The notes beneath the pieces are model-generated. The model saw nothing but the letters and a program-made list of their open reading frames with translations. It was not told where the DNA came from and did not search any database. From the NCBI GenBank assembly GCA_964387895.1, contig CAYLWX010000001.1:983-58989 (forward strand): a DNA stretch of 58,007 nt, read 5' to 3'. The position numbers and the translations under genes are program-made. The stretch comes from an uncultured Bdellovibrionales bacterium (GTDB lineage Bacteria; Patescibacteriota; Minisyncoccia; Moranbacterales; UBA2206). The number at the start of each line of letters is the position of its first letter. Within the stretch, counting starts at the first letter, position 1. Positions 24,447 to 33,005 of this stretch are shown here, piece after piece.

Positions 24447-25163
24447 ATGTCCGGACATTCACATTGGGCTGGCATTAAACATAAAAAGGGCATCAAAGAC
24501 GCCGAGCGGGCAAAAGTATTTACCAAGCACGGAAAGCTTATTTCCATCGCCGCCAGAGAAGGCGGAGGAGATCCTGAAAAAAACTGGAAGCTTCGCCTTG
24601 TAGTAGAAAGAGCCAGGGCGGACAATATGCCTAAGGATAATATTGAACGCGCCATCAAGCGCGGCACAGGAGAGTTGAAAGGCGCAGAAATCAAAGAAAT
24701 TATCTATGAAGCCGTGGGACCGGGCGGGGTGATGATGCTTATAAAAACCGCGACTGACAACCGTAACCGCACAGTTAATGAGCTTAAGGGAATTTTTTCC
24801 AAAGCCGGGGGTAAACTGGGAAAAGTCGGAAGCGCGATGTGGAATTTTAAACAAATGGGAGCAATCACCATACCTGTTTCCAAAAAAGACGATCCCTACG
24901 GCCTGGAAATGAAAGCGATTGAAGCCGGCGCGGAAGACACGGAATATGCCGGTGATTATCTTGCAGTTTACACTAAAACAGAATGCTTGCAGGACGTAAG
25001 ACGTAACCTGGAACAGATAGAAATTCCCATCGACTTCGTCGGCATAGTATACGTTCCCAACCAAAAAACCGCTCTTGATGCCTCGGATAAAATAGACTAT
25101 GAACGATTACTGCAATCACTGGACGAACAGGAAGATGCGCAGGAAGTATTTGATAACCTGTGA
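24447..25163 (+). CDS. yebC: YebC/PmpR family DNA-binding transcriptional regulator
   Basis: MSGHSHWAGIKHKKG... is the invariant N-terminus of the family. 238 aa. Ends with TGA. Confidence 0.95.
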   Translation: MSGHSHWAGIKHKKGIKDAERAKVFTKHGKLISIAAREGGGDPEKNWKLRLVVERARADNMPKDNIERAIKRGTGELKGAEIKEIIYEAVGPGGVMMLIKTATDNRNRTVNELKGIFSKAGGKLGKVGSAMWNFKQMGAITIPVSKKDDPYGLEMKAIEAGAEDTEYAGDYLAVYTKTECLQDVRRNLEQIEIPIDFVGIVYVPNQKTALDASDKIDYERLLQSLDEQEDAQEVFDNL

Positions 25164-25215
25164 AATAAATGTTATCTCCTCCAAATCTTACGCTCTTTTT
25201 TATTTTAATGCCCTT

Positions 25216-25290
25216 AATTTCCAATTCCCAAATCCCAATTTCCAATAAATGTCCAAAATTTTGGAAATTGGATATTGGAAATTGGAAATT
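25216..25290. repeat. long imperfect AT-rich hairpin built from GGAAATTGG units
   Basis: AATTTCCAATTCCCAAATCCCAATTTCCAA (25216-25245) pairs with TTGGAAATTGGATATTGGAAATTGGAAATT (25261-25290): 30-nt arms with 3 mismatches and a 15-nt loop. Confidence 0.75.
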
Positions 25291-25320
25291 TCATCGCGCT
25301 ATATTACTAAATAAACTTGC

Positions 25321-25866
25321 GTGTTAATAAAAAATACCCCCCTGGATAATCTTCGCGTTCTTGGTATAGATCCTGGTACTGCCATCACTGGATGGGCCGT
25401 AATAGAGCAAAAAAATGGCGCAGTGTCTTCCGTGGCGCATGGTCATATCGCCACGGATGCTTCCATGAGTGATTTCGAAAGACTGTGGGAAATTTCCCAA
25501 CAACTGAAGAAAATAATTTCTCTCTACCAGCCAGCAGAAGCAGCCATAGAAAAAGTATTTTTCTTTAAGAATGAGAAGACAGTCATTGAAGTGAGCCAGT
25601 CCAGAGGAGCAATCGCATTGACACTGGAGCAGCATCATGTTAAAGTTTTCGGTTACACTCCGCTCCAAGTGAAACAATCAGTGACCGGTTATGGCAGAGC
25701 GAACAAAAAACAGGTACAGTATATGGTGAAAAGTATTTTACGCCTTAACGCGGTACCTAAACCGGATGACACCGCTGACGCGATTGCGATAGCAATATGC
25801 CACGCGCATAGCAGGAAATATATCATGGAACATGAAGCACATAACATAGAACAAAATTTAAAATAA
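25321..25866 (+). CDS. ruvC: crossover junction endodeoxyribonuclease RuvC
   Basis: VLGIDPGTAITGWAVIE...GYGRANKKQVQYMV...PDDTADAIAIAICHA. GTG start at 25321. Confidence 0.9.
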   Translation: MLIKNTPLDNLRVLGIDPGTAITGWAVIEQKNGAVSSVAHGHIATDASMSDFERLWEISQQLKKIISLYQPAEAAIEKVFFFKNEKTVIEVSQSRGAIALTLEQHHVKVFGYTPLQVKQSVTGYGRANKKQVQYMVKSILRLNAVPKPDDTADAIAIAICHAHSRKYIMEHEAHNIEQNLK

Positions 25867-25931
25867 CTTGTTCCATGTTTTATGTTATGTGTTTTATGTT
25901 TTAACCTCAATAACCCATCTAACCACACTTT

Positions 25932-26591
25932 ATGGAATTAACTATCAGCCCTATCATAAACTTCTTTATATCCAAAGGTGTTCCTTTTGAAACCGCGCTT
26001 CTGATTCTTATGCTGCCTATAATCGCCACCCTGATCACTTTCCTGCGGCAAGTGATTGGCATAAAGGCTTTTGGTATTTATACCCCCCTTATCGTCACAT
26101 TCGCGTTTCTTGCCACTAACGGCATTAAATACGGAATAGGCATATTTATCGCCGTTATCCTGACAGGCATGCTTATGCGATTCGCGTTAAAACCTTTCCG
26201 GCTCCTGTATCTTCCCAGAGTCGCCATCATGCTTTCAGCAGTCGCGCTTGTTATTCTTGCCATGCTGGTGCTTGGCGGAACCATAAAGAGAACCGGACTG
26301 GCCTCTGTTTCCATTTTTCCTATTTTAATTATGATAACCATCGTGGAAAAATTCATCGCGGTGCAAATTGAAAAAGGAAATAAAACCGCAGTCCTGCTCG
26401 CTCTGGAAACACTTGCTATTTCTGTATTGGGATATTACATCGCCAGTTGGAGCATACTCATACGGCTTCTCTCGGCTTATCCCTGGATTGTACTACTCAC
26501 AGTGCCAGTAAATATATTTTTGGGCAAATGGACCGGACTTAGAATACAGGAGTATTTGAGGTTCAGGGAAATAATGAAAAGAATTCAATAG
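25932..26591 (+). CDS. polytopic membrane protein, 7TM domain of the type usually fused to an inactive transglutaminase
   Basis: 219 aa with about 6-7 TM segments. The block FLRQVIGIKAFGIYTPLIV and the position directly upstream of an ATPgrasp_ST-type ligase fit the 7TM_transglut family as I recall it. Confidence 0.6.
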   Translation: MELTISPIINFFISKGVPFETALLILMLPIIATLITFLRQVIGIKAFGIYTPLIVTFAFLATNGIKYGIGIFIAVILTGMLMRFALKPFRLLYLPRVAIMLSAVALVILAMLVLGGTIKRTGLASVSIFPILIMITIVEKFIAVQIEKGNKTAVLLALETLAISVLGYYIASWSILIRLLSAYPWIVLLTVPVNIFLGKWTGLRIQEYLRFREIMKRIQ

Positions 26592-26604
26592 AGTTAACGC
26601 CCCT

Positions 26605-27999
26605 ATGCTTTCATACTTGAAAAAAAGCCATAAAATTCTAGGCATGAACTCAAGAAATCTTGAGTATATACGGGCGTATAACTTATTGAAAGCGAAAAGA
26701 TTCGCGGATGATAAGCTGCTTAGTAAAAAAATACTGAAGCAAAACGAGCTCCCCGTACCCGCGCTTATCGCGAAAATAAAAAATCGCGAGGAGTTGGATA
26801 AGTTTCGTTGGCAATCTCTTCCAAACAGCTTCGCCTTAAAACCTAACCGAGGGTTTGGAGGAGACGGAATTATAGTGGTGTACGGAAAGAAAAAGGGACG
26901 GGATGACGCCTGGATCAAAGCAGACCGCTCTCTTATCACTATAGACGATTTAAGAAATCATGTGCTTAACATACTGGACGGTTCTTTTTCTCTTTCCAAT
27001 ACTCCCGACATTGCCTTTTTCGAAGAACGATTAAGACTCCTGAAACTCTTTAAACCCTACACTTACAAGGGTATTCCTGACATTCGCGTGATTGTGTTCA
27101 ATAAAGTTCCTGTTATGGCCATGTTGCGCCTTCCTACGTATGAATCGGGAGGAAAAGCGAATGTTACCTTAGGCGCGCTGGGAGTGGGAATTGATATGGC
27201 TTCAGGCGTCACCACTACTGCCATCCAGGGGAAACATAAGATAGTGGAAAAGGTTCCTGGCACCCGCCTCATTTTAAGCGGAGTTAAGATTCCTTACTGG
27301 AAAGATATCCTCTCCCTGGCGGTGCGCGCCCAGGAAATTTCAGGATTAGGATATTTGGGAGCGGATATTGCCATCGACAAAGAGCGCGGCCCGGTCTTTT
27401 TTGAACTCAATGCCAGACCTGGTCTTTCCATCCAGATTGCCAACCTGGCCGGACTCAAGGAACGACTCGAGCGCGTGGCCGGATTGAAAATAAAGACTAT
27501 AGGAAAGGGCGTGCGAGTAGGCATGGATCTTTTTGGAGGAGAAATTGAAGAAGAAGTGGAAGATATCTCAGGAAAAAAAGTTATCAGCACGGTAGAAAAG
27601 GTTACGCTCACCGGAAAGAACGGCAACAAGGCCGATGTGGAAGCCAAAATTGATACGGGAGCGGGTTATACTTCCATTGACAGCAACCTTGCCAGACAAT
27701 TAGGGTTTTCTCACACTGTGGACGAGTTTGAAAGAATAAGTCCGGGATATGAAACCCTGAAAAGCCTCGGTGTTTCTGAAAGAAAAAATCTCTTCCAGGC
27801 CATTCCGGATCTCGCGGATACGGTTATTGTCCACTCATCGCATGGAACTACCTACCGACCCATGATTACTATTACTATTCTTATGGACAATCTTACTATT
27901 CCTGCTAAGGTTACAGTGGTAGATCGCTCTCATCTAAAATATCCGTTAATTATTGGAAAGCAAAATTTAAAAAAATTTCTCATTGACGCAAGTAAATAA
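26605..27999 (+). CDS. alpha-L-glutamate-ligase-like ATP-grasp enzyme (ATPgrasp_ST type) fused to a RimB-like retropepsin domain
   Basis: N-terminus ILGMNSRNLEYIRAYNLLKAKRFADDKLLSKKIL..ELPVP (family signature), then the ATP-grasp core (GADIAIDKERGPVFFELNARPGL). The C-terminal ~130 aa carry KIDTGAGYTSID (a D-T-G-A aspartic protease motif), as in the so-called ATP-dependent zinc protease / RimB domain. Confidence 0.8.
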   Translation: MLSYLKKSHKILGMNSRNLEYIRAYNLLKAKRFADDKLLSKKILKQNELPVPALIAKIKNREELDKFRWQSLPNSFALKPNRGFGGDGIIVVYGKKKGRDDAWIKADRSLITIDDLRNHVLNILDGSFSLSNTPDIAFFEERLRLLKLFKPYTYKGIPDIRVIVFNKVPVMAMLRLPTYESGGKANVTLGALGVGIDMASGVTTTAIQGKHKIVEKVPGTRLILSGVKIPYWKDILSLAVRAQEISGLGYLGADIAIDKERGPVFFELNARPGLSIQIANLAGLKERLERVAGLKIKTIGKGVRVGMDLFGGEIEEEVEDISGKKVISTVEKVTLTGKNGNKADVEAKIDTGAGYTSIDSNLARQLGFSHTVDEFERISPGYETLKSLGVSERKNLFQAIPDLADTVIVHSSHGTTYRPMITITILMDNLTIPAKVTVVDRSHLKYPLIIGKQNLKKFLIDASK

Positions 28000-28001
28000 C
28001 C

Positions 28002-28967
28002 ATGAAAAAAGTACTCATCCTTTTTGGCAGAAGCAACTGGGAAAAATCCGTTCCCTTTAGTAATAAAGAATACCAATACTCCTACGAATATTTTTATTCT
28101 CTCTGTAAGGAACAAGGCATCCAAATGTATAGAGCCTCCTATGAATGGTACAATTATGATAAACATATTTTTTCTCATGCCTGGATATTTGAAGGCAAGG
28201 GCGGGAAGTGGAAAAAAGTCTCTCAAATAACTCCCGACCTTATCTATGATAAAACAAAAGCTCGAATGGAGTTATATTATAAAAAGGAACTGATCCAAAA
28301 TCACTACCCTTTTATCAATGACCTCCATTTTACTCGAATTGTAAATGACAAGCTTATCACAAGTCTCATATTCAGCCTCTGGAGCAAAAAAAGCTGGATC
28401 GCAAACAACAAGGGAGAACTGTCAAAAATTTTACCCTATATCCCATCTGAAAAAGTTGTACTAAAATCAATTTTGGGAAGTGGCGGAGAAGATGTGCAAG
28501 TAAGAGATAAAAACACTATAGCCTCAATAGATCTTTTTAACACTCCGACTTTAGCACAGGAGTTTATTGATTCTTCAAGTGGAATTCCTGGAATCTGCAA
28601 TGGCATGCACGACTTAAGACTGGTCTGTGTTAATGAAAAAATCATCTATGCTTATATTCGAGAACCTAAAAAGGGAAGCTACCTGGCAAATTTAGCCCAG
28701 GGAGGAACACTCACCATCGTACCGAAAAACAAGTTGCCGATTACATTATTTCCTATCATGAACTATATCAATGAAATATTTACCACATGGAACCCTCGTG
28801 TCTATTCTATCGATTTTATGTTTGACCAGCATCATCACCCCTGGATCGTGGAACTTAACGGTATGCCAGGGCTTTATTTCACTCCAAAAGAAAAGCCTTA
28901 TATGATAGAAATGTACCAGGAACTTTTGGAAATGTTCAAGAAAAAATTGGAAATGTCCCATGCATAA
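28002..28967 (+). CDS. ATP-grasp ligase, RimK/YheC-YheD-like
   Basis: VVLKSILGSGGEDVQV, HDLRLVCVNEKIIYAYIREPKKGSYLANLAQGGTL and YSIDFMF...WIVELNGMPGL are the ATP-grasp phosphate-binding and Mg-binding blocks. Confidence 0.75.
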   Translation: MKKVLILFGRSNWEKSVPFSNKEYQYSYEYFYSLCKEQGIQMYRASYEWYNYDKHIFSHAWIFEGKGGKWKKVSQITPDLIYDKTKARMELYYKKELIQNHYPFINDLHFTRIVNDKLITSLIFSLWSKKSWIANNKGELSKILPYIPSEKVVLKSILGSGGEDVQVRDKNTIASIDLFNTPTLAQEFIDSSSGIPGICNGMHDLRLVCVNEKIIYAYIREPKKGSYLANLAQGGTLTIVPKNKLPITLFPIMNYINEIFTTWNPRVYSIDFMFDQHHHPWIVELNGMPGLYFTPKEKPYMIEMYQELLEMFKKKLEMSHA

Positions 28968-29919
28968 TATTTCCGCGCCCAAAAGAAAAATAGTCATGTA
29001 CTTTAAAAAAGATCGCTCCCCTCGGGATCCTTTTGCCGAATTTTCCCGCAAAGAAAAGATATATCATTTATTTTTTTCCGAAGGAACCAGGCAGGGACAT
29101 AAGATGTATCTGGCAAGCGGAGCAGCCAGCTATCAGGGCAATATGACGTTTTCCAATGCGTATCTTTATAATGGGCGCTCTTTCAATACTGAATCTTGCG
29201 TCATAGAAGCAGATGCGATATACGATCGTAGCGCTGGCCTCAACTTTCCTCCGGAAAATATTTCAAAAAAAACATTAAACTGCGCGCAATTCAAAAAGCT
29301 CTGTGACAACAAAAATCTTATGTACCAATTGCTTGGAAAGTACATGCCGAAAACATTTCCAATTAAAAATAAAGAGGATCTTCATCAAGCATTGCACTTT
29401 TTCCCTCCAGGCGATCTCGTGGTGCTCAAACCCTCTAATGGCTTAGGCGGAAAAGGAATTATTATCGATACTCCCTTAAAACTCAGGGAAGCATTGATAA
29501 AAGAAGGGGGAGAATATTCTTTGCAGCAATTTATCGATACTTCCCGCGGAATTCCCGGAATTACTCACGAGCGCCATGATTTACGAATAGCAATTGTGGA
29601 GGGCGAGATAGTATTTTCCCACGTTCGTATTCCGCCGCGAGGAAATTATTTGGCTAATGTGGCGCAAGGAGGGTCTCTCCGGGAAGTTTTATTAGAAAAT
29701 ATTCCCCCGTGCGTGATAGAAACAACGCGCCAGATACAATCCCTCATTGACTCCAATTTTCACTATCCGGTATATTCCATTGACTTTGGTATCATGGGAG
29801 ATAGGCCGTACATATTTGAAATCAATGATCGTATCGGGTTCCCCGCGGAAAATATGCACAATGCTCCGCGATTCATTGAAGCGCTTCTTCAGTCCCTGCT
29901 TTTACGTGCCAACGCATAG
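28960..29919 (+). CDS. ATP-grasp ligase, RimK/YheC-YheD-like (paralog of 28002-28967)
   Basis: VVLKPSNGLGGKGIII, HDLRIAIVEGEIVFSHVRIPPRGNYLANVAQGGSL and YSIDFGI..PYIFEINDRIGF. It overlaps the upstream gene by 8 nt. Confidence 0.75.
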   Translation: MHNISAPKRKIVMYFKKDRSPRDPFAEFSRKEKIYHLFFSEGTRQGHKMYLASGAASYQGNMTFSNAYLYNGRSFNTESCVIEADAIYDRSAGLNFPPENISKKTLNCAQFKKLCDNKNLMYQLLGKYMPKTFPIKNKEDLHQALHFFPPGDLVVLKPSNGLGGKGIIIDTPLKLREALIKEGGEYSLQQFIDTSRGIPGITHERHDLRIAIVEGEIVFSHVRIPPRGNYLANVAQGGSLREVLLENIPPCVIETTRQIQSLIDSNFHYPVYSIDFGIMGDRPYIFEINDRIGFPAENMHNAPRFIEALLQSLLLRANA

Positions 29920-29972
29920 CAATTTATGCGTTTGATTTCCCGCGTAATATATAGTAGAATGGGAATCAACTT

Positions 29973-32495
29973 ATGGGCCATACATTTATCTCCCCCACAC
30001 CATCTAAAAAACCTTCTTCCCTGGGAAGGTGGTTTAATATTTTGCTTAAAATAAGCATATTTTTGGGTATAGCCTCCATACTCTTCGTAGCGGGAGCTTT
30101 TGTATATTTAGCCAAGGATCTACCCAGCCCCGGCAAGATTAACAAGCGGTTTATCGCCGAATCAACCAAAATTTACGATCGCACCGGCACTCACTTACTC
30201 TATGACATTCATAGTGAAGAAAAAAGAACGATTATTCCTTTCAAGGACATGCCGGAGAGTATTCGCTACGCCACAATCGCTCTTGAGGATCAGGACTTTT
30301 ACTCCCACCGGGGAATAAAGTTCAGCTCTATTATCCGCGCGGCGTTTAAGGATGTGATAAAAGGCAGTGCCGCGCAGGGAGGCTCCACAATTACCCAGCA
30401 GCTTATAAAAAATTCCCTGCTTACCTCTGAACGCACGTTTACTCGAAAAATCAAGGAGGTTATTTTATCCATAGAACTGGAACGCAAGTTTTCCAAAGAC
30501 CAGATTCTGGAAATGTATCTAAATGAGATTCCCTACGGATCAAACGCCTACGGAATAGAGGCTGCCGCGCAAACTTTCTTTGGGCGCCACGCGTCCGAAC
30601 TCACCCTCGATGAAGCTGCTCTTCTTGCCGCGCTCCCCAAAGCTCCCACCTATTATTCCCCTTTTGGTTCTCATCCTGAAGAATTAAAAGGCAGGCAGGA
30701 ACATGCATTGCGCACCATGGCTTCTTTGGGATACATTTTACCGGAAGAAGCCGAAAAGGCGGCCGGCGTTAATATACTTGCCAAAATTTCCCCTACCCGG
30801 GAAAATATTTCCGCTCCTCATTTTGTCATGTATGTAAAAGAGTATTTAGAATCAAAATATGGAAGACAGGAAATAGAACAGGGGGGGCTTAGGGTATACA
30901 CCACGCTGGATTGGGAAAAACAACAGATCGCGGAGGAGATAGTAAGGGAAGGAGCGGAAAACAACGCAAAAAAATATGGCGCTTCCAACGCGGCCCTGGT
31001 CGCTATAGACCCGAAAACCGGACAGATTTTGTCTATGGTGGGTTCCAGAAATTATTTCGACAAATCTGTCGACGGACAAGTCAATGTGGCAATTCGCGAC
31101 CGCCAGCCGGGATCTTCTTTTAAGCCATACGTCTACCTTACCGCTTTTAAAAAAGGCTATACTCCTGAAACAATTTTATGGGATGTTGACACAAATTTCA
31201 GCACGGAAACCGGCAAGGAATATAATCCAAAAAATTATGATAACAAGAACAGGGGGCCGTTAAAAATAAAAGAGGCCCTGGCAATGTCGCTCAATGTTCC
31301 AGCCGTGAAGGCGCTCTACCTTGCCGGAGTGAAAAATTCTGTTGATACGGCGAGACTTATGGGGATTACTACCCTGAAAAACCCTGAAAAATTCGGCCTC
31401 TCCCTTGTGCTGGGCGGCGGCGAGGTAAAGCTCCTTGACCACGTAAGCGCGTTTGGAACGCTCGCTACAGGAGGAGTGCATCATAAGAAGAACGCTATTT
31501 TAAAAGTACTCGATGGAGCGGGAAATGTGCTGGAAGAATATAAGGACAATCCGGGAGAAAGAGTTATAGAAGAAAAATATGTGGCTATGCTTGACCATAT
31601 TCTCTCTACAAACTCCTACCGGGCTCCCGTGTTTGGCGCCAATAATCCTTTGAGATTCGACCATCGTCCGGTAGCGGCAAAAACAGGAACTACCAATGAG
31701 TGGCGGGATGGGTGGACCCTGGGCTACATTCCTACTTTAGCGGTGGGTGTATGGGCCGGCAACAATAATAATTTCCCCATGGCGCAGGGAGCGGACGGCG
31801 TCTATGTGGCCGCGCCTATCTGGAGAAAGTTCATGGATGAGGCAACAAAAAATTACGCTATAGAACAATTCCCTGATTATGAAAAAGAGGAAACAGGAAA
31901 AGCTGTCCTGGACGGAAACTTAAAGCTTCCAGATGAAATAAAGGTATGCAAAATTCCCGGAAAAAAAGATTCTTACTGTCTCGCCAGCAGCGCGTGTCCG
32001 GAAAACCAGGTAAAAAAGAAAAAGTTTTCACTGAATCATGACATCTTGTGGTATGTAAAAAAAGATGATCCCCGGGGAGATTACCCGGAAAATCCACAGA
32101 ATGACTCTCAATTCAAAAATTGGGAAAAAGCAGTACAAAAATGGATGGAAAAGGAAGACTATGAAGGAAAAGAGCCTCCCGCAGAAGAATGTAGGGAAAG
32201 TGATTTTGAGAATTTCCTGCCTTCCATTAACATCACCGCCCCCGACGATGGCGACACAATTACTTCTTCAAGTATAAATATATCTGTCAGTTTAAACGCG
32301 CCTTACGGCATAGATGAAGCGTCTCTTTATATTGATGACACTAAAGTGGTTTCTAAAAAAGAATCTTCTTTTGACTATACCTACTCGGTTCCAGAAAGCA
32401 AAAAATCATCGGAAATCACCATAGTCGCCATGGTAAAAGACAAAAATAGAAATTCGGACTCTTCTACTGTAAAAGTAAGGACTGATATTCTTTAA
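29973..32495 (+). CDS. ponA: class A penicillin-binding protein (GT51 glycosyltransferase plus transpeptidase) with a C-terminal extension
   Basis: GT51 motifs EDQDFYSHRGI, GGSTITQQL and RKIKE. Transpeptidase motifs SSFKP (SxxK) and KTGTT. N-terminal TM anchor. Confidence 0.95.
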   Translation: MGHTFISPTPSKKPSSLGRWFNILLKISIFLGIASILFVAGAFVYLAKDLPSPGKINKRFIAESTKIYDRTGTHLLYDIHSEEKRTIIPFKDMPESIRYATIALEDQDFYSHRGIKFSSIIRAAFKDVIKGSAAQGGSTITQQLIKNSLLTSERTFTRKIKEVILSIELERKFSKDQILEMYLNEIPYGSNAYGIEAAAQTFFGRHASELTLDEAALLAALPKAPTYYSPFGSHPEELKGRQEHALRTMASLGYILPEEAEKAAGVNILAKISPTRENISAPHFVMYVKEYLESKYGRQEIEQGGLRVYTTLDWEKQQIAEEIVREGAENNAKKYGASNAALVAIDPKTGQILSMVGSRNYFDKSVDGQVNVAIRDRQPGSSFKPYVYLTAFKKGYTPETILWDVDTNFSTETGKEYNPKNYDNKNRGPLKIKEALAMSLNVPAVKALYLAGVKNSVDTARLMGITTLKNPEKFGLSLVLGGGEVKLLDHVSAFGTLATGGVHHKKNAILKVLDGAGNVLEEYKDNPGERVIEEKYVAMLDHILSTNSYRAPVFGANNPLRFDHRPVAAKTGTTNEWRDGWTLGYIPTLAVGVWAGNNNNFPMAQGADGVYVAAPIWRKFMDEATKNYAIEQFPDYEKEETGKAVLDGNLKLPDEIKVCKIPGKKDSYCLASSACPENQVKKKKFSLNHDILWYVKKDDPRGDYPENPQNDSQFKNWEKAVQKWMEKEDYEGKEPPAEECRESDFENFLPSINITAPDDGDTITSSSINISVSLNAPYGIDEASLYIDDTKVVSKKESSFDYTYSVPESKKSSEITIVAMVKDKNRNSDSSTVKVRTDIL

Positions 32496-32502
32496 GATTA
32501 TT

Positions 32503-32799
32503 CTACTTCACTTTTAACTCCAAAACGCACACGCCTCCTAATTCTTCATTTATCCTTTTCATAATTCTCTCTTTTTCGAGCCACAGCTCTGAAGCCCAGG
32601 CGGCGCTTTTGGATTTGATAAAAAGTTTTTTATGGGAAAAGTAATCTGCCTGAAAGTTCTCCTTTCCTACGCGCCCGAATTCTTCCTGAATAATTTTGTA
32701 AAAAATAAAAAATACCGTCTTATCGTCGACAAGAGTATTATATAATTCCTTGCTACTACTAACATTTTTTGCCCTAAGAAGGCTTTGGAGAGACTGCAT
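32503..32799 (-). CDS. DUF721 (DciA-like) protein
   Basis: 98 aa. KSKSAAWASELWLEKERIMKRINEELG..VLELKV follows the DUF721 pattern (ssaWa.EL......l..ln..lG...v..i.v). It is located in the dnaA/dnaN neighbourhood. Confidence 0.6.
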   Translation of the reverse strand: MQSLQSLLRAKNVSSSKELYNTLVDDKTVFFIFYKIIQEEFGRVGKENFQADYFSHKKLFIKSKSAAWASELWLEKERIMKRINEELGGVCVLELKVK

Positions 32800-32807
32800 A
32801 TAAAGTC

Positions 32808-32929
32808 AAATCCGAGCACGAAATTCTAAACAATATCAAAATTAAAATACTCAAAATTCAAAACGTTTCGAATTTTATATTTTTGTTATTTGGATTTATT
32901 TAGGATTTAGAATTTCGTGCTTGGGATTT
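32808..32929. repeat. long imperfect inverted repeat (MITE-like hairpin)
   Basis: AAATCCGAGCACGAAATTCTAAA (32808-32830) pairs with TTTAGAATTTCGTGCTTGGGATTT (32906-32929). GGATTTA-type units surround the right arm. Confidence 0.7.
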
Positions 32930-32950
32930 AGGATTTATTTTGGAAATTGC

Positions 32951-32978
32951 CCGCCCAAGGCGGATGCGCCTTGGGCGG
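32951..32978 (-). terminator. GC hairpin downstream of gdhA
   Basis: CCGCCCAAGGCG-gatg-CGCCTTGGGCGG, a perfect 12-bp stem 28 nt after the gdhA stop. It is flanked by TTGGAAATTG / TTGGAAATTGGAAATT units, as at 25261-25290. Confidence 0.6.
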
Positions 32979-33005
32979 AGGATTTGGAAATTGGAAATTT
33001 ATGTC

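Noticed and set aside
24459-25064. 201-aa minus-strand ORF
   Set aside because: It lies fully inside yebC, whose product is an unmistakable family member.
25216-33000. CRISPR array suggested by the repeated GGAAATTGGAAATT / GGATTTAGGATTT units
   Set aside because: The units are arranged as inverted arms of hairpins or as short contiguous tandems, not as 25-40-nt direct repeats separated by unique spacers. There are no cas genes in the window.
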